From positions 90,802 through 154,801 of IMG/VR virus record IMGVR_UViG_3300043449_002688: a stretch of DNA of 64,000 bases; one strand, 5' to 3'. The DNA comes from a virus. The notes under the pieces are model-generated. The model had not been told where the DNA came from and searched no databases. It saw only the letters and a program-made list of their open reading frames with translations. Below are positions 43,330 through 53,100 of the stretch, one piece after another; position 1 is the first letter of the stretch, and each line of letters begins with the position of its first letter. The position numbers were made by a program, and so were the translations under genes.

Positions 43330-44508
43330 TCATCCTTTTTTATATTTAGGTTTCCACTCTTTTTTAAGATCTTCTTTAATTTCTTTTTTTGACATTTTCA
43401 TAGAACCACATTTTTCCATATCTTTATCGGCTTTTTCCATATCTTTTTTAATTTTAGGAAGGTTTGGCTTAATTTTGCGTTCTTGTGAAATATTTTGTCT
43501 TTGAGCTTCTTTTGCTGAAACTCGCGCAGACGCCGCCGCTCCTCGTAAGGTAGCGCCAGCGCTTCCAACTTTATCATGATAAGGAAGTTTATTTTGAATA
43601 TCTTTAATTGCTCGACCGTATTCCAAGTGTGGAGATAAAGGGTTAGTTTTTTGGCCAGCCATAGAACTTGCCGCCCTTGCTTCTCTTGCATGCATTTTTT
43701 GTCTAGGAGTTTTTCCTTCGTCAATGCGAGCTTTTTCCATATCTTCTTCTTTTTCATCTTCTTCAGATTCTTCTTTTTCCTCTTTCATCATAGGAGGAGC
43801 TTGCATTTTAGGTGGTTTTGGTACAGACATTTTAGGCTTAGGCATTCCCATTTTAGGAGCAGGAGCTGCAGCAGGAGATATAGCTTTTGAAAGCTCTTCA
43901 AATTGTTCAGGGTTTTCTTGAGCCGCTTTAAGCAGCTCTTTAGCTAATTCTAAAGCTGTTTTTTCTGATTTGTTCATATCTTTATCTCCTTTTTCCGTAT
44001 TTTTTTCTGATTTAGGAAGATTTGGTTTTTTCATATCTTTAAGTTCAGATAAAACTCTTTTATGCTCTTTTTCAATATAATCTTTTGTTGTTCCCGAAGG
44101 TTTTACCCCAGACATAAGTCTGGCCCCGACATCTGAAGTTCCGGTTTTTTTTCCTGCTCCAAAATGAGGTTTATGTACGCCTTTTTCATTTTCTTTAGCA
44201 AAAAGAGGATTGGACTGTTTTTCCATATGCTCTTGCCCAACTTCTTGGTTTTCAGGTGAACGCAAATCAGCTTCTTCTTGAAGAGATCTGAGATGTTCTA
44301 GCATTTTACTTCTTTTTTCTGGAGTATCCAATAAAGATAAAGCTTGTTTTAAGCTTTCGTTTTCTTCTTTTACATCATGAGCTTTATCTTCAGGAGAATT
44401 AGCTGGATGAGGTTGATCATCTTTAAGCAAAAGAGCAAATTGCTCTGGTGCAGTTTTTGCTGCTTTTAATAAAACTAAAATGTCTTGTAAAATTTTTGTT
44501 TTTTCCAT
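43330..44508 (-). CDS. charged low-complexity putative internal head protein
   Basis: Repeated DMEK[ACQ], MNKSE, LSKA and KPNLPK modules shared with 44574-48446. Confidence 0.7.
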   Translation of the reverse strand: MEKTKILQDILVLLKAAKTAPEQFALLLKDDQPHPANSPEDKAHDVKEENESLKQALSLLDTPEKRSKMLEHLRSLQEEADLRSPENQEVGQEHMEKQSNPLFAKENEKGVHKPHFGAGKKTGTSDVGARLMSGVKPSGTTKDYIEKEHKRVLSELKDMKKPNLPKSEKNTEKGDKDMNKSEKTALELAKELLKAAQENPEQFEELSKAISPAAAPAPKMGMPKPKMSVPKPPKMQAPPMMKEEKEESEEDEKEEDMEKARIDEGKTPRQKMHAREARAASSMAGQKTNPLSPHLEYGRAIKDIQNKLPYHDKVGSAGATLRGAAASARVSAKEAQRQNISQERKIKPNLPKIKKDMEKADKDMEKCGSMKMSKKEIKEDLKKEWKPKYKKG

Positions 44509-44517
44509 ATATCCTCA

Positions 44518-44526
44518 AAGATTAGG
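44518..44526 (-). promoter_or_regulatory. putative late promoter motif CCTAATCTT
   Basis: 9 nt upstream of the 44508 start. Confidence 0.7.
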
Positions 44527-44573
44527 TATTTAAAACTTTTTTTAACCTATTTTAATTGTTATAAAAATTACAA

Positions 44574-47500
44574 TTATTCTTTTAATTTTGGGCCTATACC
44601 AAGTAGTTTAGATGACATTCTTTCGCCTTCGACCCTGTTTCTTCTCCATACATCTGTTACAAATTTAACGGCAGTTTCCCTATTTTTATGATCATAAGGA
44701 ACTACTTGCCCTGAATGATAGTGATCATGTAATTCTAATGGCAAATCTACTCCAGCTACGTTAACTGGTTTAAAAGCTGGGGGTTCATCGCTCTTTTTAA
44801 TTGGAGCACAAGAGCCTTTTGAATAAGGTTTTTTGCCAGGAACTGGTTTATACCCTTCCCAACATCTTTTTTCTATATCTTGTTCTTCTTTAGAACATTT
44901 CCAGCGTTTTAATGCTGCACCTTTAGGAGTAAGCTTTCCTTCTTTTGAAGTTGGACCTTTTACTCCAGACATTCTAGCGCAAAAACTTTTTTTTCTAGAA
45001 CCACCTTCAGGTTGAGGGCGCTTTAAATCTCTACCTTCTTCACGGTTAATTCTTTCACGTTCTTTATCGTTTAATCCGCCAGTTTTAGCATGTTTTTTAG
45101 GATTATATCCATGAAAAGGTTTATCTTTTTTCTCCATATCTTCTTCTGATTTAGGAAGATTTGGTTTAATTTTTTTAGACTCACCTAGAACTCTTTTTGC
45201 TTCTTTTTTAGCATCTTTGTTTTGTAAAAAAGTTTCTTTATCTTCATGTACGCCTTCTGCTATAGCAGGCTTTCGTTCGGTCCTAATATCTTTGATGGCC
45301 CGTTCATAGTCTTCTTGACTGCCGCCAGCAGAGCGAATCGCTGATTTTACTTTTTCATCAACTCGTGCTTTATTTAAATCTTTTTCTTTTTTAAGCTCAT
45401 CAGCTAAGTTTGCTTGTTTTAATTTAGAATAATATTTTGCATCTTCACTCAAATGATCGGCTACAATTTCTTCTGCTGTTTTTTTATCATTTGTATGTTC
45501 CATTTCAACTTGTAGGCCCATTTTAACTTCTTTTTCATCAAAAGATTTTATATCTTTTTTATCGCCTTTTCCGCCTACTAATTCTTCTTTTTTCATTTCT
45601 TTTTCAGAAGCAGCTAGTTTTTCTGGTTTTTGCAATAAAGATTTAAAATAGCTGTTTGGGCCATTTTTTGCAGCTAATCTTGCCCTTCTATTAATTTTAG
45701 CATCAATTGAAGTCCCTGGAACCCAAGTATCTTTTTCAGGACTATATTTAAGTTCACCAGTATCAATCATTTCTGTTCTTTCTTTCATTTCTGGGGAAAG
45801 AAGTTTTCCGGCTTTTAATTGATCAACTAACTGTCCTTTTTTATCTTTATATCTAACTGCCGCAGGTTCTCCGGTTACTAAAACTTTTCTTTCTCGTGCT
45901 CCTTCTTTAATTTTAACGTGAGTAGTTAATTTAGGAAGGCCCATTCTTGCTCTTAATTTATTTTCAGCGGCTCTTGCTTGAACTTCGCTTCGGTGTCTAA
46001 AAGGAGAACCTTTAAGTTTGGAAGCCTCTCCTACTTCTTTATCCATAATAGTTTGATGTTGCGATGGAGTTCTACCTTCAGGCATTTGCTCTAAATGTGC
46101 AAATTCATGAGTAATTGCGCCTGGATTCCATTGAACTTCCAATTCCTTACTTCTCCAGTCTGGTTTACTAACTCCTTCTATTGCGCCCTTTTTCCTTTCT
46201 CCAGTTTTTTGATTAATTTTTCCTTTTGATGTAACAATTTCTTTGCCATATCTTTTTAGGCCAAATTTTTTATGTTGTTCTATTTGTTTTTGCCCAAATG
46301 GAGATTTAGAAGAAGGATTTCCTTGTATGCCAAAAAGTTTTTGTCTTTGTTCTCTGACGTTTTTAGAAGCTTTTTCCAAACTTTCAAATTTGGCTAACAA
46401 GGTTTTAAAATAATTTGCACTTTTTTTCATAAAACTTCCTATTAACTTTTGTTTTTTAGTTAATTTTTGAGTATGCGTATTTTTTAAAGCTAGAATTGGG
46501 CTAGTTTGAGTTTCTATGTCTCCATACCTTCCGCCTGATTTATATCCAAGCTTAGGTAAAGACTGTTTATAGGTTTGTTGCATATGAGCAGGTATTGGTT
46601 TGTTTAAGTCCATACCAGAAATTCCTGCTTTTGATTCTGCGTCCCAAATATGAACTTGCTTCCCTACGTGGCCTTTATTCCTTAAATGCTGCAAAAGAGA
46701 TTCATGAATAACTTCATTTGGGTTATTTTGATTAAAAAGTATTTTAGATATTGTATTAAAATGCTCATCGGGATATTTTTCTTTTAATTTTTTAAGATAA
46801 TTTTGCCCTTCTTGAGGAGACATTCTAATTATCTGTCCGTTAGCATTAAATCCTTCCGGAGACATTGCTTGCTTAATTTGGGCAGCACCTTGCTTTACGA
46901 AAGATTGGCCAAAATCAGATTGAATTTCATCTATATGAACATTTCCATCTTTACCTTTAGTATATCTTGCCCATCCAAGAGTTTTATCTGAAACAGGATG
47001 TCCACTGTTTTTAGAAGCATTTAACATTTCTTGAAATGTATTAAAAACGCCAGCCTGTTTTAATTGTTTTTCATGCTCAGGAGTATAGTTTAATTGAAAA
47101 ACTTGAGACGGTTCCACGGAATGCCTTTGTTCGTCATAAGCATCTTCATAAGCTGTACTTTTTTTAGGAGTGTATTTAAAATTATTACGATGTTCTTCTT
47201 TTGCATTTTCTATATCATCTCTATATTGATTAACGCTAGGATAATTACTTCTATATACGCCGTAATCTGCTGGGTCAAAAGCATCCATATGTTCATCTAA
47301 TTGCTGTTCTTCTTCTGACTCAGAGTCCATAGCTTCTAATGGTTCGCCATAAGTTGTATGAGAAATGCCAAATTTCATTTTTGGTGAGTTATTAATAAAT
47401 TCACTGACGCGAGAATGATGTAGATTACCTTGACCATCTAAATATTTGCTTAATCCTAATGATTTTAAATCATGTCCTAAGCTTTCTAATTTTCTTTTAT

Positions 47501-48446
47501 GTAATTTTCCTTCAGGATGAGATTCTAACAGCTCTCTTAAAGCTCTATGCCTATTTAATCCTAAAGATACGTCAACAGACTCATCTTCTGGGTCTGCTTT
47601 TTGTAAAAAACTTACATCAAAATTATTTTCTTTCTTTTTAAGCATTTTTTTAAAATACTTAGATGGAGTTAAGCTTGGAGCAGGAGTTCCTTGGCCTTGC
47701 GTTGGGTCAACTCTTTGCATTCGGTCTGCTTGCTGTACCATTCTTTCAGCTTCAGCCATTTTCCTTTCTATTAAAGACTGATCTAGTTCACCTTCGTCGT
47801 ATTCTTGGCCGCCTTCGCCAATATAATTGTCTTGTTTTATTTGTTGAAGCCTTTTCCATCCAATATGTTTAGAAGGAGATTTAATGGACTTCGACATAGG
47901 ATATCCAACATTTAATTGAAAACGAACCTTTTTACCATTTGGTAAAGTAATTTCTGAATAATTATCTTCAATATGATCTCCAATTATGTGGCCGCTGCCG
48001 CCTTCTGGCGGATTATGTTTAGGATCATGAGAATGTTCTTTATGAAATCCTGTATTAGATTGTATGTGAGCTTGTTGATTATATTTTTTAGCAAAATTAG
48101 AAGCTTCTTCTGGAGAAATATCATGAACCATAACTGTAGGTTCAGCTTCACCGCCAAGCCATTTACCGCCAACATGTTGCCAACGATGTCCGGCAGCTTC
48201 AAGATCAGCAATTAGATCATTATGTTTTTGTTCTGATTCTTCAGGAGACAGTTTGTCTTTTTTGTGCCCAGTTAAAAGAGCAAATTTGCCTTCTTTTAAG
48301 TATTTATCTACATCTTGTTCGGTTTGAAAAGGATTATGTTCAGCTTTTTTTAAAGCTTTTTGTTTTTTAGTCAAATATTTTTCTCGCAATGCCAAACCAG
48401 GCATTGTAGAAAGTCCATAATCTTTAGAAAGTCTTTTCTTTGCCAT
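44574..48446 (-). CDS. polyvalent protein: DUF3293/SAM-lyase-like, EIQSD domain, HExxH zincin, DUF5661, DUF6321-like, CWxGY module
   Basis: LLTGH...SPEE...H..L..DL...G.W...EPTV.V...A.KYNQ; HIDEIQSD; THEFAH...EVQAR; MG..VEMEHT.D...A.EI..DHL.ED..YY.KL; RKKSFCARMSG...RWKC; CWEGY. Confidence 0.75.
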   Translation of the reverse strand: MAKKRLSKDYGLSTMPGLALREKYLTKKQKALKKAEHNPFQTEQDVDKYLKEGKFALLTGHKKDKLSPEESEQKHNDLIADLEAAGHRWQHVGGKWLGGEAEPTVMVHDISPEEASNFAKKYNQQAHIQSNTGFHKEHSHDPKHNPPEGGSGHIIGDHIEDNYSEITLPNGKKVRFQLNVGYPMSKSIKSPSKHIGWKRLQQIKQDNYIGEGGQEYDEGELDQSLIERKMAEAERMVQQADRMQRVDPTQGQGTPAPSLTPSKYFKKMLKKKENNFDVSFLQKADPEDESVDVSLGLNRHRALRELLESHPEGKLHKRKLESLGHDLKSLGLSKYLDGQGNLHHSRVSEFINNSPKMKFGISHTTYGEPLEAMDSESEEEQQLDEHMDAFDPADYGVYRSNYPSVNQYRDDIENAKEEHRNNFKYTPKKSTAYEDAYDEQRHSVEPSQVFQLNYTPEHEKQLKQAGVFNTFQEMLNASKNSGHPVSDKTLGWARYTKGKDGNVHIDEIQSDFGQSFVKQGAAQIKQAMSPEGFNANGQIIRMSPQEGQNYLKKLKEKYPDEHFNTISKILFNQNNPNEVIHESLLQHLRNKGHVGKQVHIWDAESKAGISGMDLNKPIPAHMQQTYKQSLPKLGYKSGGRYGDIETQTSPILALKNTHTQKLTKKQKLIGSFMKKSANYFKTLLAKFESLEKASKNVREQRQKLFGIQGNPSSKSPFGQKQIEQHKKFGLKRYGKEIVTSKGKINQKTGERKKGAIEGVSKPDWRSKELEVQWNPGAITHEFAHLEQMPEGRTPSQHQTIMDKEVGEASKLKGSPFRHRSEVQARAAENKLRARMGLPKLTTHVKIKEGARERKVLVTGEPAAVRYKDKKGQLVDQLKAGKLLSPEMKERTEMIDTGELKYSPEKDTWVPGTSIDAKINRRARLAAKNGPNSYFKSLLQKPEKLAASEKEMKKEELVGGKGDKKDIKSFDEKEVKMGLQVEMEHTNDKKTAEEIVADHLSEDAKYYSKLKQANLADELKKEKDLNKARVDEKVKSAIRSAGGSQEDYERAIKDIRTERKPAIAEGVHEDKETFLQNKDAKKEAKRVLGESKKIKPNLPKSEEDMEKKDKPFHGYNPKKHAKTGGLNDKERERINREEGRDLKRPQPEGGSRKKSFCARMSGVKGPTSKEGKLTPKGAALKRWKCSKEEQDIEKRCWEGYKPVPGKKPYSKGSCAPIKKSDEPPAFKPVNVAGVDLPLELHDHYHSGQVVPYDHKNRETAVKFVTDVWRRNRVEGERMSSKLLGIGPKLKE

Positions 48447-48455
48447 AACTTATCT

Positions 48456-48464
48456 AAGATTAGG
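48456..48464 (-). promoter_or_regulatory. putative late promoter motif CCTAATCTT
   Basis: 9 nt upstream of the 48446 start. Confidence 0.7.
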
Positions 48465-48465
48465 G

Positions 48466-49374
48466 TTAGTATTCTTTAACTATTTCATTGCCAGATTTTA
48501 ATTGAGCAGAATGTATTTTTAGTCCAATTTTATCGGCGGTTAAAACAGGTCCCATTTTACTAAATTTTTCCCAATCTTCTTTATCTATTGAAATATGGGG
48601 AAGGAAATTTTTTAAATAAGGCCCATATTTAGCTGAACCTTCTCTTATATGATCTATATGAGGCGGAGCGCCATAAGCTAAAAGCACATGATGAACTCCT
48701 CCATCTGCTGCTGGTAATTTATGGGGCATAAACAACAATTTATTTTCATTAATTGAATTTGGTATTGAAAATTTTTCAAGATGTTTTTGTATTTCTTGAG
48801 GATTTATTTTGCTGTTATCGCCAAAAAATTTAACAGTCATATGCATGGGTACGCCATCGCTTCTGTGAGTTTTACCTGAAAGACTTATTGGATGTAAAAG
48901 TATTACTCCAGTTGAGGCTTTTTTAGCATAAGATTCGGATTTAATTAAATCTTGTAAAAAAAGTTTAATTTCTTCTTTTTTAATTTTAACAGATTTTGCC
49001 TTTAACCAAGTGTCGTGCCATTTTTTAGCATCTTCGGTCATATCTGGAGATGGGATTATATTTTTTTTAGATATTTGCTCTGCATGTTCGGCAAGTTTTG
49101 TGCCTATTTTTTTTCTTCGATATTCTTTTTCTACTTCAAATTGGAAAGGCATTATTCCTTGTTTTTTGTGAGTTACAGCAATAAAACCAAGCTGTTCGCC
49201 ATCTTTTGTTGCTTTTACAGTAAAGTCATGTTTTTTAGGGTCAAAATATTTTGCATCAACAGTAAAAGGCTCTACCGTAATTTTAGTCCGAGGTTTTTTA
49301 TTAACTTTTTTTTCAGGAAAAGTTTGCTGTAATTCTTGTTGGTATTCTTGTGTTAGTCTTTTAAACTTATTCAT
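48466..49374 (-). CDS. GNAT acetyltransferase fused to 2H phosphoesterase
   Basis: VEKEYRRKKIGTKL (GNAT motif A); HMTV and PHISI (two Hx[TS] motifs). Confidence 0.75.
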   Translation of the reverse strand: MNKFKRLTQEYQQELQQTFPEKKVNKKPRTKITVEPFTVDAKYFDPKKHDFTVKATKDGEQLGFIAVTHKKQGIMPFQFEVEKEYRRKKIGTKLAEHAEQISKKNIIPSPDMTEDAKKWHDTWLKAKSVKIKKEEIKLFLQDLIKSESYAKKASTGVILLHPISLSGKTHRSDGVPMHMTVKFFGDNSKINPQEIQKHLEKFSIPNSINENKLLFMPHKLPAADGGVHHVLLAYGAPPHIDHIREGSAKYGPYLKNFLPHISIDKEDWEKFSKMGPVLTADKIGLKIHSAQLKSGNEIVKEY

Positions 49375-50155
49375 TTGAATTTTTCCTTACATATTCAAAT
49401 GTATAACCTTTGCACGATTTTCTATGTCCTATTAAAACATTTGAAACTGAAGATCTTGATACATTAAGATCTTTTGCTGCATCTGTAACTAATCTATAAA
49501 CTTTTCCATTTTGATGACAAAGAATTGAAGGTAGGTTGTCAATTCTTTTTTGTTGAGCTGTTTTAATATTTTGCAATTGTTTTTTATTTAATTTTTTTCC
49601 AAACATTGGATTTTTTTCACCAAGTTTGGAGTTTGATATATTTTTTTTAGATTCTTCAGATAGTTTTTTGCCGCGTTTTGGATGGAATCCTTTTTCTATT
49701 TGAGCCTTATTCCAGTTTTTAAGTGCTATAATTGGTAAAATTAACTTTTCAGGATTTTTCCTAAAGACACTTTTTACCGAGTTTGAAATATTAATTTTAT
49801 GTTCTTGAGAAAGTTTTTTACCTTTATGGGAGTTAGACATTTTAATTTTTGAAAATTCAGACCATCTTTTATTTAAACCGCCTGTATTTAAATTATAGCC
49901 ATTTGGATACACTGTATTTAATTTTAAAATCCATTCATTTTCTTTTTTATTAAGCTCTTCAATTGTTTCCGCCGAATCTATCTGCTCTATTTTGAAAGAT
50001 TCTATTCCGTATTTTTTAATAGCGGAAGATATAGCAATGCAATCACTTCGTTTTAAATGCTGGTTTATCCTTTTTTCCAAAGACCTAACGGTTTGGCCAA
50101 CATAAATTTTATTATTAATTAAATTTGTTAATATATATATTATCATTTGTGCCAC
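49367..50155 (-). mobile_element. free-standing GIY-YIG homing endonuclease with NUMOD3/NUMOD1 DNA-binding repeats
   Basis: IIYILTN...IYVGQT...R...H, E..WI, NGYN; KKLSEE.K..IS repeats; NPMFGK; C-terminal Y....DAAKDL...KGYTFEY. Confidence 0.9.
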
Positions 50156-53100
50156 TCTGTTTCTAATATGTTTTCAGGAAGTAATCCAGCTTTTTGCTCT
50201 GCATAAATTGTTTTAGAAGGATTTTTACGATTATGTTCTCCAGCTTTTTCGGACCAATTAACCCAATTATTTTGGCCCATAGTCTCTGAAGCTAAAGCCT
50301 TCTGCGCTAATGGGCTAAACATTTCTTTATGGGCTAAGTAGCTCATATGCTCACCTTTAGGGCCAAATTGACTGTTAGTTAATCCATGGCCAAAAGCATC
50401 ATGTACAATTCTAAACACATCATTAGCTAAAAGTGGAGTGCCATCGTGTTTAAATTCTGTTTGCGTTAACATTGGATGATTTTGAGATTGCCCTTCTGAA
50501 CCAAACCCTTGCTCTGTAGGATAATACCATAAATGATTGTTAACATGTAGATCATGAAGCATATCCTTAGAAGATTTATATGGATTTTCTTGCCCAGGCT
50601 GCATTCTAGAAATTTTAAGACCACTATTAATTAAATGTTTAAATTGTTTTCCGGTTTCACCAATTAATGCATTATAGGCAGCTTTAGTCTCATGATGCTC
50701 AGGTTGATGCTGCATTGACTCATATGCTTGAGCTATTGTTTTTCCATGCTCTGGGTTAAGATTAACTTTATAATTATGGCTTAGTTTGATGTTATTTAAC
50801 TTGGCATAACTATCAGCTATATTTTTTATATTGGTAGTATTTTTTTGTAGATCTTCTGATTTACCAAATATTTTTTGCCATTCCCATTGATCAGAATGCC
50901 GTCTTGTATCTTTATGAATTTGATGAATTTCAGCATCAATTCCAGGTCTAACAATAACTTCCTGTTCTTTTGCCGCTCTAGAGCTTAAAGGTCCAACTTT
51001 TTGTTTTTCTATAAATTGGCCATATTGAGGTAAGAATGATTTAATTTTATCTTCTGGAATCCAAGCTGAAACTATATGATTATAGCTTTGTGAATCTTCT
51101 GGATCAAAACTGCTTTTAGGGTAAATGCCTGAAGATTCTGTAATATTTGTTAAAAATGGAGTCCAAGAAGAATGTGTTTGTTGGTTAAAAAATTTACCAT
51201 TTTTATGGTATTTATCCATTTCCGATTGAGATAACTGTCTATGTAATAAAAATTCTCTTTGTTTTGTATTTGGGTTTATTCTTGATTCAGTTCTGCCAGC
51301 TAATTTATTTGTCATTCTTAATTTTGCATGTTTAGACGGATCAGGGATTTTAGCGCGAGGGTCATACCCTGCAAATGTTTCGCCAGATGTTCCACCTGTC
51401 CAACGCTCTACGTTTTTTGCTGCATCTGTAGTTAGTTCTGAATGAGGTTTAAATGGGCCATAAAGTCTGCGAGCAGCACCTTTATTTAAATTTTCTGGTT
51501 TTTGCAATAAATTTTTAAAATAATAAGAAGCTTTTTTAAGATTAAGTTCTATATTTTTTTCAGAAGCAGCAAGCTTTTCTTTTTTTCGTTTTATATAATT
51601 TGGATTTTCTGTAACTTTTTGCTTTATTCTAGTATCGTTAGTTGTATTATATATATATTCTAAAGTATGAGAATTGGTATTTTTATTTTGAGCTATTGCC
51701 CATTGAATATTGTTATTTCTACCATTTTTACTTTTAGCTAAATAATCTAAATCATTTGAATCAGTTTTAGAATTTTGAGATAATCTCAATTGTATATCAA
51801 AATCATCAGTCGCTCTAGTCAAATAATTTAAAGTATTTTTAGAAGCACCGGTATTACCGGCGATCTTTTTTTGCATATTAATATCATTATTTTTAATAGC
51901 TATGTCAGCTATGTTATGTATAAAATTTTCGCCAAGTGCGGGATTTTCAGCTATTGTTTGTTTTATATTATCATTATTAGTCTTGTTATAGACATCATAT
52001 AAAAAAAATGGGTCAGCGCCAGTATTTGATGCTACCGATTGTTTTATGTTATGGTCATTAGTTGTAGTATATATATGGCGCATAAAATCTTTATGAATAT
52101 TTGGATTTTTTGCTACTGATTGTTTTATGTCATCTTGATCAGTTTTATTGTATATGTCATATAAAAAATCTGGATGCGTATTTGGATTTTGCGCTACCAG
52201 TTTTTTTTGCCAAGATTTAGATGTATTGTATATGTGCTGTAAAGTATCTTGATCAGTTTTAGGATTTTCTGCTATTTCAGAAATAATATTTATATGTTTT
52301 TCAGGTATTTGTAGATTTTGAATTTTTTTAATATTTTTTAATGATTTTGTATCAGTAATTAAATTAGGGTTATGTCTTAAAACTTCCGCTTGATGTTCTG
52401 GAGATAAATCTGAAAATTCAAAGTTATTTTTAAGTTCATAATCATCAAATCCTCCACCAAAAATACCTTTAATTTCAGGATTTTTAAGTAATTCAACAAT
52501 ATCTTTATGATATTCTTTGGTAGGCTTAAGATTGCTTTGACCCTTCATTTCTCCTAAAAATCCATTATTTAAAATAAAACTTAAATGAGGCTCATGAAAA
52601 GTTTTATTGTCAAAACTACGAGATGTGCGTAGGCTTAATATTCTATCATCTGGATGATAGTCTTCGTTTCCGCAATGTCCTAAAGCTTTACCTTCTGCTT
52701 CACATGATGGAACATTTAAATTAAACCAATCTCTATTAAATTTAATTCCATTAATTATTTTTTTTGTTTTTTCGGTAGGTATAACTAGTTCACGGTTTTG
52801 AGATAGCTTGTTAATATAACTTTGTTTCGCTTGGTCAAGTAGTTTAATACCTGAATTTAAATCATGTTCTTTATCAAATCTTACATCAGCTATATTTGGA
52901 ATATGCTGTGAGCTAGAAAAATCTGATATTTTTTGTTTTATCTCAGGTGTGAATTGTTTTGGATTTTGTCTATAATTTTTTGTAGCCCAAGTTTGCCAAT
53001 TTGAATTAGGTAGCTGTGAAGCCCAATTGACGAATTCTACATGTTCAGGTTTTGCAGAATCTGCGCCTAGCATTTGTAAAATGTCTTTTTTACCTTTTTC

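Noticed and set aside
49367-50155. Group I intron around the GIY-YIG gene
   Set aside because: The ORF overlaps both flanking genes, leaving no room for a ribozyme core, and the neighbours look complete.
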